Shown: piece after piece, positions 36,447-46,204 of the stretch
How positions within the stretch are numbered: position 1 is the first letter of the stretch
How the letters are laid out: each line of letters opens with the position of its first letter
Assembly: GCA_035368605.1 (NCBI GenBank)
Contig: DAOSLF010000003.1
Coordinates: 889 to 64,888, forward strand
Length of the DNA: 64,000 nt
Source of the DNA: Candidatus Omnitrophota bacterium
GTDB taxonomy: Bacteria; Omnitrophota; Omnitrophia; Omnitrophales; Aquincolibacteriaceae
Direction: 5' to 3'
Notes under the pieces: generated by a model
What the model was told of the DNA's origin: nothing
What the model saw: only the letters and a program-made list of their open reading frames with translations
The model's database searches: none
Made by a program: the position numbers and the translations under genes

Positions 36447-37727
36447 CTAAACACATTCACCCCGAACCAGGTCCTGGTAGGTCTCGCGTTTGCGGACGAT
36501 CCTGAAGGAGCTTCCCTTCACCATCACCTCGCAGGCGCGACCGCGGGAATTGTAGTTGGAACTCATCGTAAAACCGTAGGCACCCGCGGTCATAATCGTG
36601 AGGCATTCGCCGGGCCGCATTTCGGGAAGCTCCCGATCCTTCGCAAAAAAGTCCCCGCTTTCGCAGATGGGACCAACCACATCGTACACCCAGCGCCGGG
36701 CATCCGGGCGTTTCTGGACGGGCCAGATCGCGTGGTAGGCGTTGTAGAACGCGGGACGGATCAGGTCGTTCATACCCGCGTCCGTAATAAAAAATTTTTT
36801 CACGTTCGTTTCCTTCACATAGAGGATCTTCGCGGCGAGCACACCCGCGTTCCCCACGATGAAACGCCCGGGTTCGAAGATGACCTGGAACTTGCGTTTC
36901 CTGAGCAGGGGGAGGATCTTCGACGCGAACTCGTCTGCCGTCTGCGGGTCCTCGTCGCTATAGATGATGCCAAGGCCGCCGCCGAGGTTGAGGAACCTTA
37001 TCTTCATGCCCGCCGCCTCGATCTCATCGATAAATTCCAGTATCTTGCGGAATGCCTCGACAAAGGGCTCCCCCGTTTCGATCTGGGAACCGATATGGAC
37101 ATGAACACCCGTGAGCCGGGCGTGCGCGAGCGTCTTGCTCGCGAGGTAGATCGCACGCGCGCGTTCAAAGTCGATGCCGAACTTGGTCTCGGCCTTGCCG
37201 GTCGTGATGTAGTCGTGCGTGTGCGGGTCGACGTTCGGGTTGATGCGCAGCGACACATTCACTTTCTTTCGCATCTTCTTCGCGAGCGCGTTGATGCGCT
37301 CGAGCTCGGGCACGGACTCGACGTTGAAAAGGAGGATGCGAGCCCTGATCGCCTCGCGAATCTCCTCGTCCTTTTTTCCGACGCCGGCGTAGACGATCTT
37401 CCGGCCCTGGCATTTCACCTTCCTCGCGCGGAAGAGCTCGCCGCCTGAGACAATGTCGAGGCCGGAGCCCTTCGCGACGAGCGCCCTCAGGACCGCAAGG
37501 TTCGAATTGGCCTTCACGGAATAACAGATCAGGGGCCGCACGGAGCGGAACGCGCGCTGGAGCTTCGCGAGGTGGTCGGTGAGCGTCTTCGAGCTGTAGA
37601 TATACGCGGGCGTGCCGGTCTTCTCCAGGATCTTCCTGAGCGGGACATTCTCGCAGCAGAGCTCGCCCTTCCGGTTATAGCAGAAATCGTGCATCCGGGA
37701 TTCTTCTTCGAAATCGATTCGTGACAT
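36447..37727 (-). CDS. lysA: Diaminopimelate decarboxylase
   Basis: ..GTPAYIYS.., ..CYSVKANSNLAVL.. (PLP Lys), ..GGGLGI.., ..EPGRFIVGNAG.., ..CESGD... An alternative start is the internal ATG at about 37694. Confidence 0.9.
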   Translation of the reverse strand: MSRIDFEEESRMHDFCYNRKGELCCENVPLRKILEKTGTPAYIYSSKTLTDHLAKLQRAFRSVRPLICYSVKANSNLAVLRALVAKGSGLDIVSGGELFRARKVKCQGRKIVYAGVGKKDEEIREAIRARILLFNVESVPELERINALAKKMRKKVNVSLRINPNVDPHTHDYITTGKAETKFGIDFERARAIYLASKTLAHARLTGVHVHIGSQIETGEPFVEAFRKILEFIDEIEAAGMKIRFLNLGGGLGIIYSDEDPQTADEFASKILPLLRKRKFQVIFEPGRFIVGNAGVLAAKILYVKETNVKKFFITDAGMNDLIRPAFYNAYHAIWPVQKRPDARRWVYDVVGPICESGDFFAKDRELPEMRPGECLTIMTAGAYGFTMSSNYNSRGRACEVMVKGSSFRIVRKRETYQDLVRGECV

Positions 37728-37833
37728 AATCGTTACCTCGATTTTCCAGGATAGTTAACTCCCCTCTTTCCTGGGAGGGGCCGGGGGAGATTTCAGATTC
37801 CCCTGGATTCCCCCTTGGCCGAAGGGGGAACGT

Positions 37834-39213
37834 TCAAGCAAGCAGTCTCGTCCAATAGTCCATCTGCTGACGGACCTTGAGGGGATGCGTGCTGCCGATG
37901 GTCTTCTTGCCACGGACCGAAGTCTCGGGGTCGAAGAGATCGTAAATATCCGCGCCGATCCCGGGGGAGAACCTCTTCCACTCCCTGAGCGAAAGTTCCC
38001 GCAGCCCCTTGCCCGACTCCGCGGCGAAGCGCACGGCCTGGCCGACGGTCGAGTGGGCCTCCGAGAACGGGACCTTCTTGCGGACGAGGTACTCAAGGAT
38101 GTCCGTGGCGAAGAGCGTGTCGTCCGCGACCGCTTTCGCCATCGCCTTTTTCTGCCAGGTTGCGGACGCGACCGTGAGTGCGAGCACTTCAAGGGCGATC
38201 GTCGTCTTGTGGACCGCATCGAATGCGCCGGGCTTATCCTCCTGGAGGTCCCGGTTATAAGAAAGCGGCAGTCCCTTCTGGACGGTCAGGATCGACTGCA
38301 GATGCCCGAAGATCACCCCGGCCCTGCCCCGCACGAGCTCAAAGACATCAGGGTTCTTCTTCTGCGGCATCAGGCTGGAGCCCGTCGCGAACGCGTCGTC
38401 GAGCTCGACATACCCGAATGCCTCCGAGTTCCAGAGGATGAAATCCTCGGCGAGCCTCGAAAGATGCATCCAGAGGATCGAAAGGTTCGCCAGAAATTCC
38501 GCAAGGAACCCCCGGTCGCTCACGGCGGTCATGCTGTTTCGGGCGATTTTTTCGAAGCCGAGCTCCTTCGCGAGGAATTTTTGATCGATCGGAAGCGCGG
38601 AACCCGCGAGCGCCGCGGAACCGATCGGGAGGATATTGACGCGCTTCAAGGTGTCGGCAAGTCGGGCCTTGTCCTCCTCGAGCATCTCGACATAGGCGAG
38701 GAGGTGATGCGCGAGCAGCACCGGCTGGGCCTTCCTCAGATGCGTCATGCCGGGGACAATGGCCCCCTGGGCTTTTTCCGCCGCGGCGACGAGCGCCTTC
38801 TGGAGACGCGAGGTTTCATACCGTATCACCGCGATCTTTTCCCGGAGGCAGACCCGGGTGGACGTGACGACGAGGTCGTTCCGGCTGCGGCCCGTGTGGA
38901 GTTTCTTCGCGACCGCGCCTGAGCGCTTTTCGAGTTCGCTTTGGATCAGGGTGTGAATGTCTTCGACCTCCGCGACATAGCGGGCGATGTCTTTTCCCTC
39001 GAGGTCCTTCTCGATCCGCGCGAGGCCTTTCAGGATCGCCTTCGATTCGGCCTGTGTGATGATCGCGGTCCGCGCGAGCATCTTCGCCCACGCCGCGTTT
39101 ACGGCGAGTTCCGCGTCAAAGAGCTCTTTGTCGACGGCGAGCGAATAGCTGAAGCATCTCAACGCCGGATGCATTTCCTTCTTGAACCGACCGCCCCAGA
39201 GTTTTTTGGACAT
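37834..39213 (-). CDS. argH: Argininosuccinate lyase
   Basis: MSKKLWGGRF.., ..HTGRSRNDLV.., and the fumarate-lyase signature GSSLMPQKKNPD. Confidence 0.92.
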   Translation of the reverse strand: MSKKLWGGRFKKEMHPALRCFSYSLAVDKELFDAELAVNAAWAKMLARTAIITQAESKAILKGLARIEKDLEGKDIARYVAEVEDIHTLIQSELEKRSGAVAKKLHTGRSRNDLVVTSTRVCLREKIAVIRYETSRLQKALVAAAEKAQGAIVPGMTHLRKAQPVLLAHHLLAYVEMLEEDKARLADTLKRVNILPIGSAALAGSALPIDQKFLAKELGFEKIARNSMTAVSDRGFLAEFLANLSILWMHLSRLAEDFILWNSEAFGYVELDDAFATGSSLMPQKKNPDVFELVRGRAGVIFGHLQSILTVQKGLPLSYNRDLQEDKPGAFDAVHKTTIALEVLALTVASATWQKKAMAKAVADDTLFATDILEYLVRKKVPFSEAHSTVGQAVRFAAESGKGLRELSLREWKRFSPGIGADIYDLFDPETSVRGKKTIGSTHPLKVRQQMDYWTRLLA

Positions 39214-39287
39214 ATTTACCCCCAGCTTGGAGCCCAGCGACGAGAGCCAAGAGCTGTTCCAGGCTCTTCGTTTTTCGCCCTTCGCGC

Positions 39288-40472
39288 TTAGCTTTTATAC
39301 ATTCCCTCGTACGGAAGGCCCCAGAGTTTCATGAACCCCGTCGCGGCCGTCCGGTCGAAGAGATCGCCCTTTGAATACGTCGCGAGTTTTTCCCGGTAGA
39401 GCGCAAACTTTGATTCGCGGCCCACGCAGATCGCGTGGCCCCGGTCGAGCTTGATCCTCACTTTTCCCGTGACACGCGCCTGGTTGGAGGCAAAGAAGGC
39501 GTCGAGGGCTTTTCTCAGGGGCGAGAACCAGAGCCCGAAATAGACAAGCTCGGCATATTTTTCGCTGAGCACGCGCTTGTAATGGATGAACTCGCGGTCC
39601 ATGACGAAGCCCTCGAGCTCGTCGTGGGCCTTCAGGAGCACATCCGCGGCCGGGGCCTCGTAGACCTCGCGGCTCTTGATCCCGACCAGGCGATTCTCGA
39701 TCATGTCAAAACGCCCGACGCCGTAGGCGCCCGCGACTGCATTGAGCCTGTCGATCAGCGTCACGAGCGGCATCTTCTTTCCGTCAAGGCTGACCGGCAC
39801 GCCCTTCACGAAACCGATCTCGATGTAGCGCGGCTTCTTCGGCGTCTTGTCACAGGCCTTTGTCATCACGTACGCGTCTTCCGGCGGCTCGAGCATGGGG
39901 TCTTCCAAAATCCCGGCCTCGATCGCGATCCCCCAGATGTTCTTGTCGATCGAGTAGATGCTTTTTTTCGTCACATCGATCGGGATACATTTCTCCCGCG
40001 CGTATTCGATCTCTTCTTCGCGGGTCTTAAACTCCCACTCGCGGAGCGGGGCAATGATCTTGAGATCCGGATTGAGCGCCCTCACCCCCACTTCAAGGCG
40101 GACCTGATCGTTGCCCTTGCCCGTGCAACCGTGCGCCACGGCCTCGGCGCCCTCGCGTTCAGCGACCTCGACCAGGTGCTTCGCGATCATGGGACGCCCG
40201 AGCGCGGTCGCGAGCGGATATTTCCCCTCGTAACGCGCGTGGGCCCAGATCGCGGGAAGGATGTAGTCCTTCGCGAACTCGTCCTTGAGATCGACGATGA
40301 AGGTCTTGAGCGCGCCGGCGGCTTTCGCGCGCTTGATCAGCTTGGTCTTGTCCTTGACTTCCCCGATGAACGCGGAAAAACAGATGACCTCGTAGCCGTA
40401 ATGTTCCTGCAGCCATTTCACGGCGCAGGAAGTGTCAAGTCCGCCTGAATATGCCAGCACTATTTTTTTCAT
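39288..40472 (-). CDS. argG: Argininosuccinate synthase
   Basis: MKKIVLAYSGGLDTS (PP-loop), ..GCTGKGNDQVR.., ..RLVGIKSREVYE... Confidence 0.92.
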   Translation of the reverse strand: MKKIVLAYSGGLDTSCAVKWLQEHYGYEVICFSAFIGEVKDKTKLIKRAKAAGALKTFIVDLKDEFAKDYILPAIWAHARYEGKYPLATALGRPMIAKHLVEVAEREGAEAVAHGCTGKGNDQVRLEVGVRALNPDLKIIAPLREWEFKTREEEIEYAREKCIPIDVTKKSIYSIDKNIWGIAIEAGILEDPMLEPPEDAYVMTKACDKTPKKPRYIEIGFVKGVPVSLDGKKMPLVTLIDRLNAVAGAYGVGRFDMIENRLVGIKSREVYEAPAADVLLKAHDELEGFVMDREFIHYKRVLSEKYAELVYFGLWFSPLRKALDAFFASNQARVTGKVRIKLDRGHAICVGRESKFALYREKLATYSKGDLFDRTAATGFMKLWGLPYEGMYKS

Positions 40473-40541
40473 TGTTTCATCCTTTTCAATGACTGAAGGC
40501 CGGAAATGTTCCGGTTTTTCAAAAATCGATCGTCCCCAGCC

Positions 40542-41471
40542 TTATTGGATCGCTCCTTCGTTAAAGAGATGAAGCAAAACGGCCTTCTGGATGTGAAGCC
40601 GGTTCTCGGTTTCGTCGAATACGATGCAGTTCTTGCTTTCCATGACACTGTCGGTGATCTCCTCGCCGCGGTGCGCCGGCAGGCAGTGCATGATGAGCAC
40701 GTTTTTCCTGGCCTTCGCGACGAGCTCCCTATTGACCTGCATGCCCTGAAAGTCCTTCAGCTTCTTCTTCCGCATCGCCTCTTCGCCCATACTGACCCAG
40801 ACATCGGTGTAAATCGCATCCGCTCCGGCCACGGCCCTGGCGGGGTCAAAGAACCCTTCGATCACGGCCCCCGTCTTTTTCGCGATTTCCCGCGCGGTCC
40901 TCACGATCTTGGCGTCGGGCTGGTATTTCTTCGGCGTCGCGTAACGGATCTTCGCGCCCAGTTTCGCCGCGACAAGGATCAGCGAGTGCAGGACATTGTT
41001 GCCATCCCCTACGAACGCGAGGACGGGGTCTTTTTCGGCGGGGATCTTCTCATACAGCGTCATGTAATCCGCAAGCGCCTGGCAGGGATGCTCCTTGTCG
41101 CTCAAGCCGTTGATGACGGGTTTGTCGAAGTAGTCCCGGAACTCGGTAATTGTCCAGTGCGAAAAGGTTCGCATGACGACCCCCGCGAGGTACCGGTTGA
41201 GGACGCGCGCGACATCCCGCACCTCTTCCCGCACGCCGAGCTGGATGTCCTCGGGTCCGAGGTAGATCACACCGCCTCCCATCGCAAAGATGCCCGCCTG
41301 GAACGAAACCCAGGTCCTGGTCGACGGTTTCTCGAAAATGAAACCGAACATGCGTCCCTCGAGAACGTTCCGGAAATCCTGCGGCCGGGCCTTGAGATCC
41401 GCCGCAAGTGCGAACAACTTTTTGATCTCGTCCGTGCTGAGGTCGTTGATCGAGATCAATGAGTCGAACAT
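40542..41471 (-). CDS. argF: Ornithine carbamoyltransferase
   Basis: ..FEKPSTRTWVSF.. (STRTR carbamoyl-phosphate motif), ..HCLPAHRGEE... Confidence 0.9.
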   Translation of the reverse strand: MFDSLISINDLSTDEIKKLFALAADLKARPQDFRNVLEGRMFGFIFEKPSTRTWVSFQAGIFAMGGGVIYLGPEDIQLGVREEVRDVARVLNRYLAGVVMRTFSHWTITEFRDYFDKPVINGLSDKEHPCQALADYMTLYEKIPAEKDPVLAFVGDGNNVLHSLILVAAKLGAKIRYATPKKYQPDAKIVRTAREIAKKTGAVIEGFFDPARAVAGADAIYTDVWVSMGEEAMRKKKLKDFQGMQVNRELVAKARKNVLIMHCLPAHRGEEITDSVMESKNCIVFDETENRLHIQKAVLLHLFNEGAIQ

Positions 41472-42679
41472 GAGCAGTCTTCCTGTTTTTTCGACAGCTT
41501 CGCGAATACCTGGTCAAGGATCGCGACGGCCCTGCGGACCTCTTTCGCGGTCACGTTGAGCGCCGGCAGGAACCGTAGCACGTCGCCCTGGGTCGAATTG
41601 ACCAGAAGCCCCCGGTCGCGCGCCTCCTGGGCGTAGGGCGCGGACGGTGCGCTGAGCTTGAGGGCGCACATAAGGGCCATGCCGCGATATTCCTCGATCA
41701 CGGGATACTTTTCCCGGAGCTTCTCGAACTCGATCTTGAGGAGTTCCCCCATCCGGACCGTATTCGTGAGCAGTTTTTCCTTGCGAATCGCCTTAAAAAC
41801 GGCCAGGGACGCCGCGCACACGAGCGGGCTCCCGCCGAAGGTCGAGCCGTGCATGCCGGCCGTCAGAACCTCTTTTCTGATCCGTTTGTTCACGACAAAC
41901 GCACCGATCGGAACACCGCCGCCCAAAGCCTTCGAAAGCGTCATAATATCCGGTTCGACGCCGTGGTAATGCTGGTAGGCGAACATCTTGCCCGTCCGCC
42001 CCATACCGGTCTGCACTTCATCCAGGATGAGAAGCATATCCCGCTCGTCGCAAAGCTGGCGCAGGCCCTGCATGAATTCCGGCTTCGCGACGTGGATTCC
42101 GCCCTCCCCCTGGATCGGCTCGAGCATGATCGCCACAGTCTTCGGCGTGAGAAGTTTTTTCACGGACTCAAGATCGTTGAACTCGGCGTAGTGGAACTTC
42201 TCGATCAGCGGCTCGAAACCCTGATGAAACTTGTCCTGGCCGGTCGCGGTCATCGCTGCGATCGTCCTTCCGTGGAAGGACCGCTTCATCGTGATGATCT
42301 CGTAGCGACCGGTCTCGCCACCGTACTTTTTGGCGAACTTGATGGCACCCTCGTTCGCCTCGGCGCCGGAATTGCCGAAGAATACGCGTCCCGGGAAGGA
42401 GGCTTTCACAATCTCGCTGGCGAGCTCCGACTGCTTGATGTTGAGGAAGTTGTTCGGGATGTGGAGCATCGTCCGGGACTGGTGTTTGATCGCGTTGATC
42501 ACGGCCGGATGGCAGTGCCCCAGGCACGACACGCCCCAGCCCGGGAAGAAATCAAGATACTCCTTGCCTTCCAGGTCCCAGACCCGCGATCCTTTCCCCT
42601 TCACGAGACAGACCGGCAGCCGCGTGTAAGTGGGCATCACGTATTCGTTATAAAGTTTCTGGACGTCTGTGGTTTTCAT
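41456..42679 (-). CDS. argD: Acetylornithine aminotransferase
   Basis: Class-III aminotransferase: ..FFGNSGAEANEGAIK.., ..LILDEVQTGMGRTGK.., ..TLSKALGGG... A 16-nt overlap with the argF start. Confidence 0.9.
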   Translation of the reverse strand: MKTTDVQKLYNEYVMPTYTRLPVCLVKGKGSRVWDLEGKEYLDFFPGWGVSCLGHCHPAVINAIKHQSRTMLHIPNNFLNIKQSELASEIVKASFPGRVFFGNSGAEANEGAIKFAKKYGGETGRYEIITMKRSFHGRTIAAMTATGQDKFHQGFEPLIEKFHYAEFNDLESVKKLLTPKTVAIMLEPIQGEGGIHVAKPEFMQGLRQLCDERDMLLILDEVQTGMGRTGKMFAYQHYHGVEPDIMTLSKALGGGVPIGAFVVNKRIRKEVLTAGMHGSTFGGSPLVCAASLAVFKAIRKEKLLTNTVRMGELLKIEFEKLREKYPVIEEYRGMALMCALKLSAPSAPYAQEARDRGLLVNSTQGDVLRFLPALNVTAKEVRRAVAILDQVFAKLSKKQEDCSCSTH

Positions 42680-42748
42680 AGCCCTGTGTTCAGTTCTCAG
42701 CCCTCGGCATTCAGCCTTTACTGATAGCTGATCGCTGATGGCTGATCC

Positions 42749-43603
42749 CTATAGAGTTATTTCCGTTCCGATTCCCTGATCGGTAAAAATCTCGAGTAGC
42801 AACGCGTGCGGGATGCGCCCGTCGATGATGTGCGCTTTGGGGACACCGCCCTCAAGCGCGTCGATGCAGGCCTTCACCTTCGGGATCATGCCTCCCGAGA
42901 TGATCTGCTGGTCGATCAGCCTCTGCGTGTCGCCCACGCACAGTGACGGGATCAGGGTGCTTTCATCCTTGAAATCGCGCAGGATGCCCCTCACGTTCGT
43001 AAGCACCATGAACTTCTGGACTTGCATGGCGGCCGCGATGTTGGCCGCCGCCTCGTCCGCGTTCACGTTGTATATTTCGCCGTCCGGCCCCTTACCGACC
43101 GGAAAGATCACGGGAATCTTTCCGAACCCCGTCAGTTCCTTGATCGGGACCGTGTTGACCGAGGACACGTCGCCGACGAAACCGATGTCCCCGTGTTCCG
43201 TGTTCTTCACGACACTCAGGACCTTTGCGTCGTAACCGGAAAGACCGACCGCCGAACCGCCGAGCCGTTCGATGTCGTGAACGATGCCGCGGTTGAGCTC
43301 GGCCAGCGTTTCGTTGACAACCGAAATCGCGGGTTTGTCCGTCACGCGCAGTCCGTTGATAAACTGGCTCTGGATGCCCTTTTTCTTCATGTTCTCGGTG
43401 ATGTACTTGCCGCCGCCGTGAATCAGGACCGGACGGATACCGACGTAGCTCATGAACACGAGATCCTGGAGCACCATGTCCCGCACTTCCTGGTACGTGA
43501 GCGCGGCACCGCCATACTTGATGAGAACTTCCTTGCCGCGGAATTTCTGAATGTACGGAAGCGCTTCGATGAGGACGCCGGCCTTTTTGATCAGTTCCTG
43601 CAT
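42749..43603 (-). CDS. argB: Acetylglutamate kinase
   Basis: ..VLIKYGGAA.., ..PVLIHGGG.., ..YNVNADEAAANIAAA... Confidence 0.9.
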   Translation of the reverse strand: MQELIKKAGVLIEALPYIQKFRGKEVLIKYGGAALTYQEVRDMVLQDLVFMSYVGIRPVLIHGGGKYITENMKKKGIQSQFINGLRVTDKPAISVVNETLAELNRGIVHDIERLGGSAVGLSGYDAKVLSVVKNTEHGDIGFVGDVSSVNTVPIKELTGFGKIPVIFPVGKGPDGEIYNVNADEAAANIAAAMQVQKFMVLTNVRGILRDFKDESTLIPSLCVGDTQRLIDQQIISGGMIPKVKACIDALEGGVPKAHIIDGRIPHALLLEIFTDQGIGTEITL

Positions 43604-43677
43604 TTTTTCGTGTGGAGCGCAGCGTGTTCGGCGTGGAGTTTTCCCCTACGCTCTACACTGCACGCTCTTCCCTTTCT

Positions 43678-44898
43678 CTAGGAATATGCCGCGTTAATGA
43701 GAACGTACTTCGTCGTGAGGTCGGACGTGATAAACTCCGCCCGGCCGCGGCCTTTGCCGATCTTGACATCGATCGTGTACTCTTTTTTCTGGAGGATCCG
43801 CCGCGCCTTCGGGATGTTGAGGACGCGAAGCTTCCCGAGGTGCACGACTTCGGCGTCACCGAACGAGATACTCAGGTGGTTCGGGTTGAAATCCACGCCG
43901 CTCGCGCCAACCGCGGCCGCGATGCGCCCCCAGTTCGGGTTCGAACCCGCGAGCATGGTCTTGAAAAGCATCGAGTTGGCGATCTGCCGCGCCGCGCGCT
44001 CGGCGTCCGTCGGGGTTTTCGCCCCCGAGAGACGCAGTTTGCAGACGTGCGTCACGCCCTCGCCGTCCTTCACCATTTCATAGGCGATGTACCGCATAAC
44101 CTCTTCGAGGGCCTCACGGAACATCCAGTAGTCGCGGTCGACCTTCGCGATCGTTGGGTTGCCGGCCAGGCCGTTCGCGAGGCAAAGCACCATGTCGTTG
44201 GTGCTCATATCGTTGTCGATCGCCATGCTGTTGAACGTGTCGTCCGCCGCGTGGCGCACCGCACGCCGCAGCATCGGTTTCGTGATCGCGCAATCGGTCG
44301 TGATGAAACAAAGCATCGTCGCCATATTCGGGTGCACCATACCCGCGCCCTTCGCGCAGGCCGCGATCGTCACTTTCTTCCCGCCGAGCTCGATCGAAAG
44401 CGCGATCTCCTTGTTGGAAAGGTCCGTTGTCAGAATCCCTTTCGCCGCGCCGTGACCGCCCGTGTCGGAGAGCTTCGCGACCAGTTTCGGGATCGCCCGT
44501 TTGACGCGCGTGACCGGGAACGGCACGCCGATAATTCCCGTCTGGGCGATGAGGACCTCGTTCGGGAGCACCTCGAGGGCCTTCGCGGTCTCCCATGTGA
44601 TTTCGTCAACCGCCTTCTTGCCGATCGCCCCATTCAGGCAATTTGCGTTCCCGCTCGTCCCGAGAATGGCGTGGTGCCTCGCATTGTTGATAACCTTCAT
44701 GGAATACAGCACGGGCCACGCCTTCGCGCGGTTGGTTGTGAACGTTCCCGCCGCGACACACGGAATCTTCGAGAAGATCAGCGACATGTCATATTTTTTT
44801 TTCTTCTTTTTGATGCCCGCGTGAATGCCGCCCGCCACGAAACCGCGCGGGGAAGTCACCGAACCGTTTTTTTCTCTCTTCCAAAAAGGTTTTTTCAT
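43678..44898 (-). CDS. argJ: Bifunctional glutamate N-acetyltransferase / amino-acid acetyltransferase
   Basis: ..GFVAGGIHAGIKK..AAGTFTTN.., the self-cleavage region ..GMVHPNMATMLCFITTD.., and ..MLAGSNPNWGRI... An A9 run encodes KKKKKK. Confidence 0.9.
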   Translation of the reverse strand: MKKPFWKREKNGSVTSPRGFVAGGIHAGIKKKKKKYDMSLIFSKIPCVAAGTFTTNRAKAWPVLYSMKVINNARHHAILGTSGNANCLNGAIGKKAVDEITWETAKALEVLPNEVLIAQTGIIGVPFPVTRVKRAIPKLVAKLSDTGGHGAAKGILTTDLSNKEIALSIELGGKKVTIAACAKGAGMVHPNMATMLCFITTDCAITKPMLRRAVRHAADDTFNSMAIDNDMSTNDMVLCLANGLAGNPTIAKVDRDYWMFREALEEVMRYIAYEMVKDGEGVTHVCKLRLSGAKTPTDAERAARQIANSMLFKTMLAGSNPNWGRIAAAVGASGVDFNPNHLSISFGDAEVVHLGKLRVLNIPKARRILQKKEYTIDVKIGKGRGRAEFITSDLTTKYVLINAAYS

Positions 44899-44976
44899 CG
44901 AGAACTGCTCTCCCTTAGATTGACTTGCATAGCGGTTTTCGCACTTCGTTCACAGCGATCATATCGTGAAGCGGTT

Positions 44977-46002
44977 TCAGATGAGCCCCGCACCCTCGGG
45001 GAAACCGAACCGGATGTTCATGTTCTGGACCGCCTGACCGGAGGCGCCCTTTAAAAGATTGTCGATGGCCGTAATGATGACAAGCCGCCCCGTGCGGGCG
45101 TCGAGCGAAACGCCGATGTCGCAGAAATTCGTGTTCCGGACGTCCTTCAGGCTCGGGAACTGTCCCGCAGGCTTGACCCGCACGAACGGGTCCTTGCCAT
45201 ACGCGGTCACGAGCGCCCGCCGCACTTCATCCTCCGTCACCGTCTTTTTGGCGGGCTCGACATAGATCGTCGCGAGAATACCGCGGTACACGGGAAGAAG
45301 ATGCGGGATGAACGTGATCGCAACCTCGCGGCCGGCCGCCAACGAAAGATTCTGCTCGATCTCGGGAATATGCTGGTGTTTATTGACCTTGTACGCGTTG
45401 TAGTTCCCGTCCACTTCGCAGAACTGTGTCGAGGTGACAAGCTTCTTCCCCGCGCCGCTCACGCCGGACGCGGCATTGATGATGACGGGATCATGCTTGA
45501 TAAGCTTCTTCTCCAAGAGCGGAATGAGCGCGAGCGAAGGGCCTGTCGGATAACACCCGGGATTGGAAATAAGCTCGGCCTTCCTGATCTTCTTCCGGTT
45601 CACTTCGCAAAGTCCGTAAACGGCCTGCCGGAGCCGCGCCGGGAACGCATGGTCGATTCCGTACCACTTCGGATAAAGCGTCGCGTCTTTCAGCCGGAAA
45701 TCCGCGGAGAGATCAATCACAACCTTTCCCGCCTGCAGAAACAGGTCCCCGGTCGTCATCGCCTCCGTGTGGGGCAGGCAGAGAAAAACCATGTCGGCCT
45801 TCTTCCTGAGATCTTCAAAATCATACGGGGTGATCTGGAGTTGCACGCCCCTGGGAACGGACGGAAGGACCTCAGAAAGCGGGATCGGCTTTTCCTGCCG
45901 AGTGGTGAGATGAGTGATCCGAACATCCGGATGGGAAAGCAACAACCTCGTGAGTTCAGCGCCTGTGTAACCCGTAGCGCCCAAGACAGCGCAGTTCAAC
46001 AT
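44977..46002 (-). CDS. argC: N-acetyl-gamma-glutamyl-phosphate reductase
   Basis: MLNCAVLGATGYTGAEL.., active-site ..ISNPGCYPT.., ..AASGVSGAGKK... Confidence 0.9.
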   Translation of the reverse strand: MLNCAVLGATGYTGAELTRLLLSHPDVRITHLTTRQEKPIPLSEVLPSVPRGVQLQITPYDFEDLRKKADMVFLCLPHTEAMTTGDLFLQAGKVVIDLSADFRLKDATLYPKWYGIDHAFPARLRQAVYGLCEVNRKKIRKAELISNPGCYPTGPSLALIPLLEKKLIKHDPVIINAASGVSGAGKKLVTSTQFCEVDGNYNAYKVNKHQHIPEIEQNLSLAAGREVAITFIPHLLPVYRGILATIYVEPAKKTVTEDEVRRALVTAYGKDPFVRVKPAGQFPSLKDVRNTNFCDIGVSLDARTGRLVIITAIDNLLKGASGQAVQNMNIRFGFPEGAGLI

Positions 46003-46175
46003 CTGACGTCGGTTTCTCCTTTGCGGGAATAAAGGGACAGCCTCCTTGAGAACGCGTTATTATAGGAATAGCTCTATCCTTTGTCAATTTAAGAAGTTAC
46101 GTCAAAAACCGGGGATGGACCGCGGCTCAAAACACTCATAACTCCATACCACGAATCAGGTTACGTGTATTTTGA

Positions 46176-46204
46176 TTGACATTCAGAGGTTAAATCTCTA
46201 TCTT
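46176..46204 (+). promoter_or_regulatory. Sigma70-like promoter abutting the rnc start codon (leaderless-type)
   Basis: TTGACA (46176-46181), a 17-nt spacer, then TATCTT (46199-46204). ATG codons at 46205 and 46214 follow immediately, so a transcript from this promoter would have a 0-3 nt leader. Confidence 0.4.

Noticed and set aside
43612-45054. A 480-aa plus-strand ORF, with others at 40506..41462, 41849..42724 and 39435..40448
   Set aside because: All are antisense shadows of the arg operon genes, each of which has a textbook motif complement on the minus strand.
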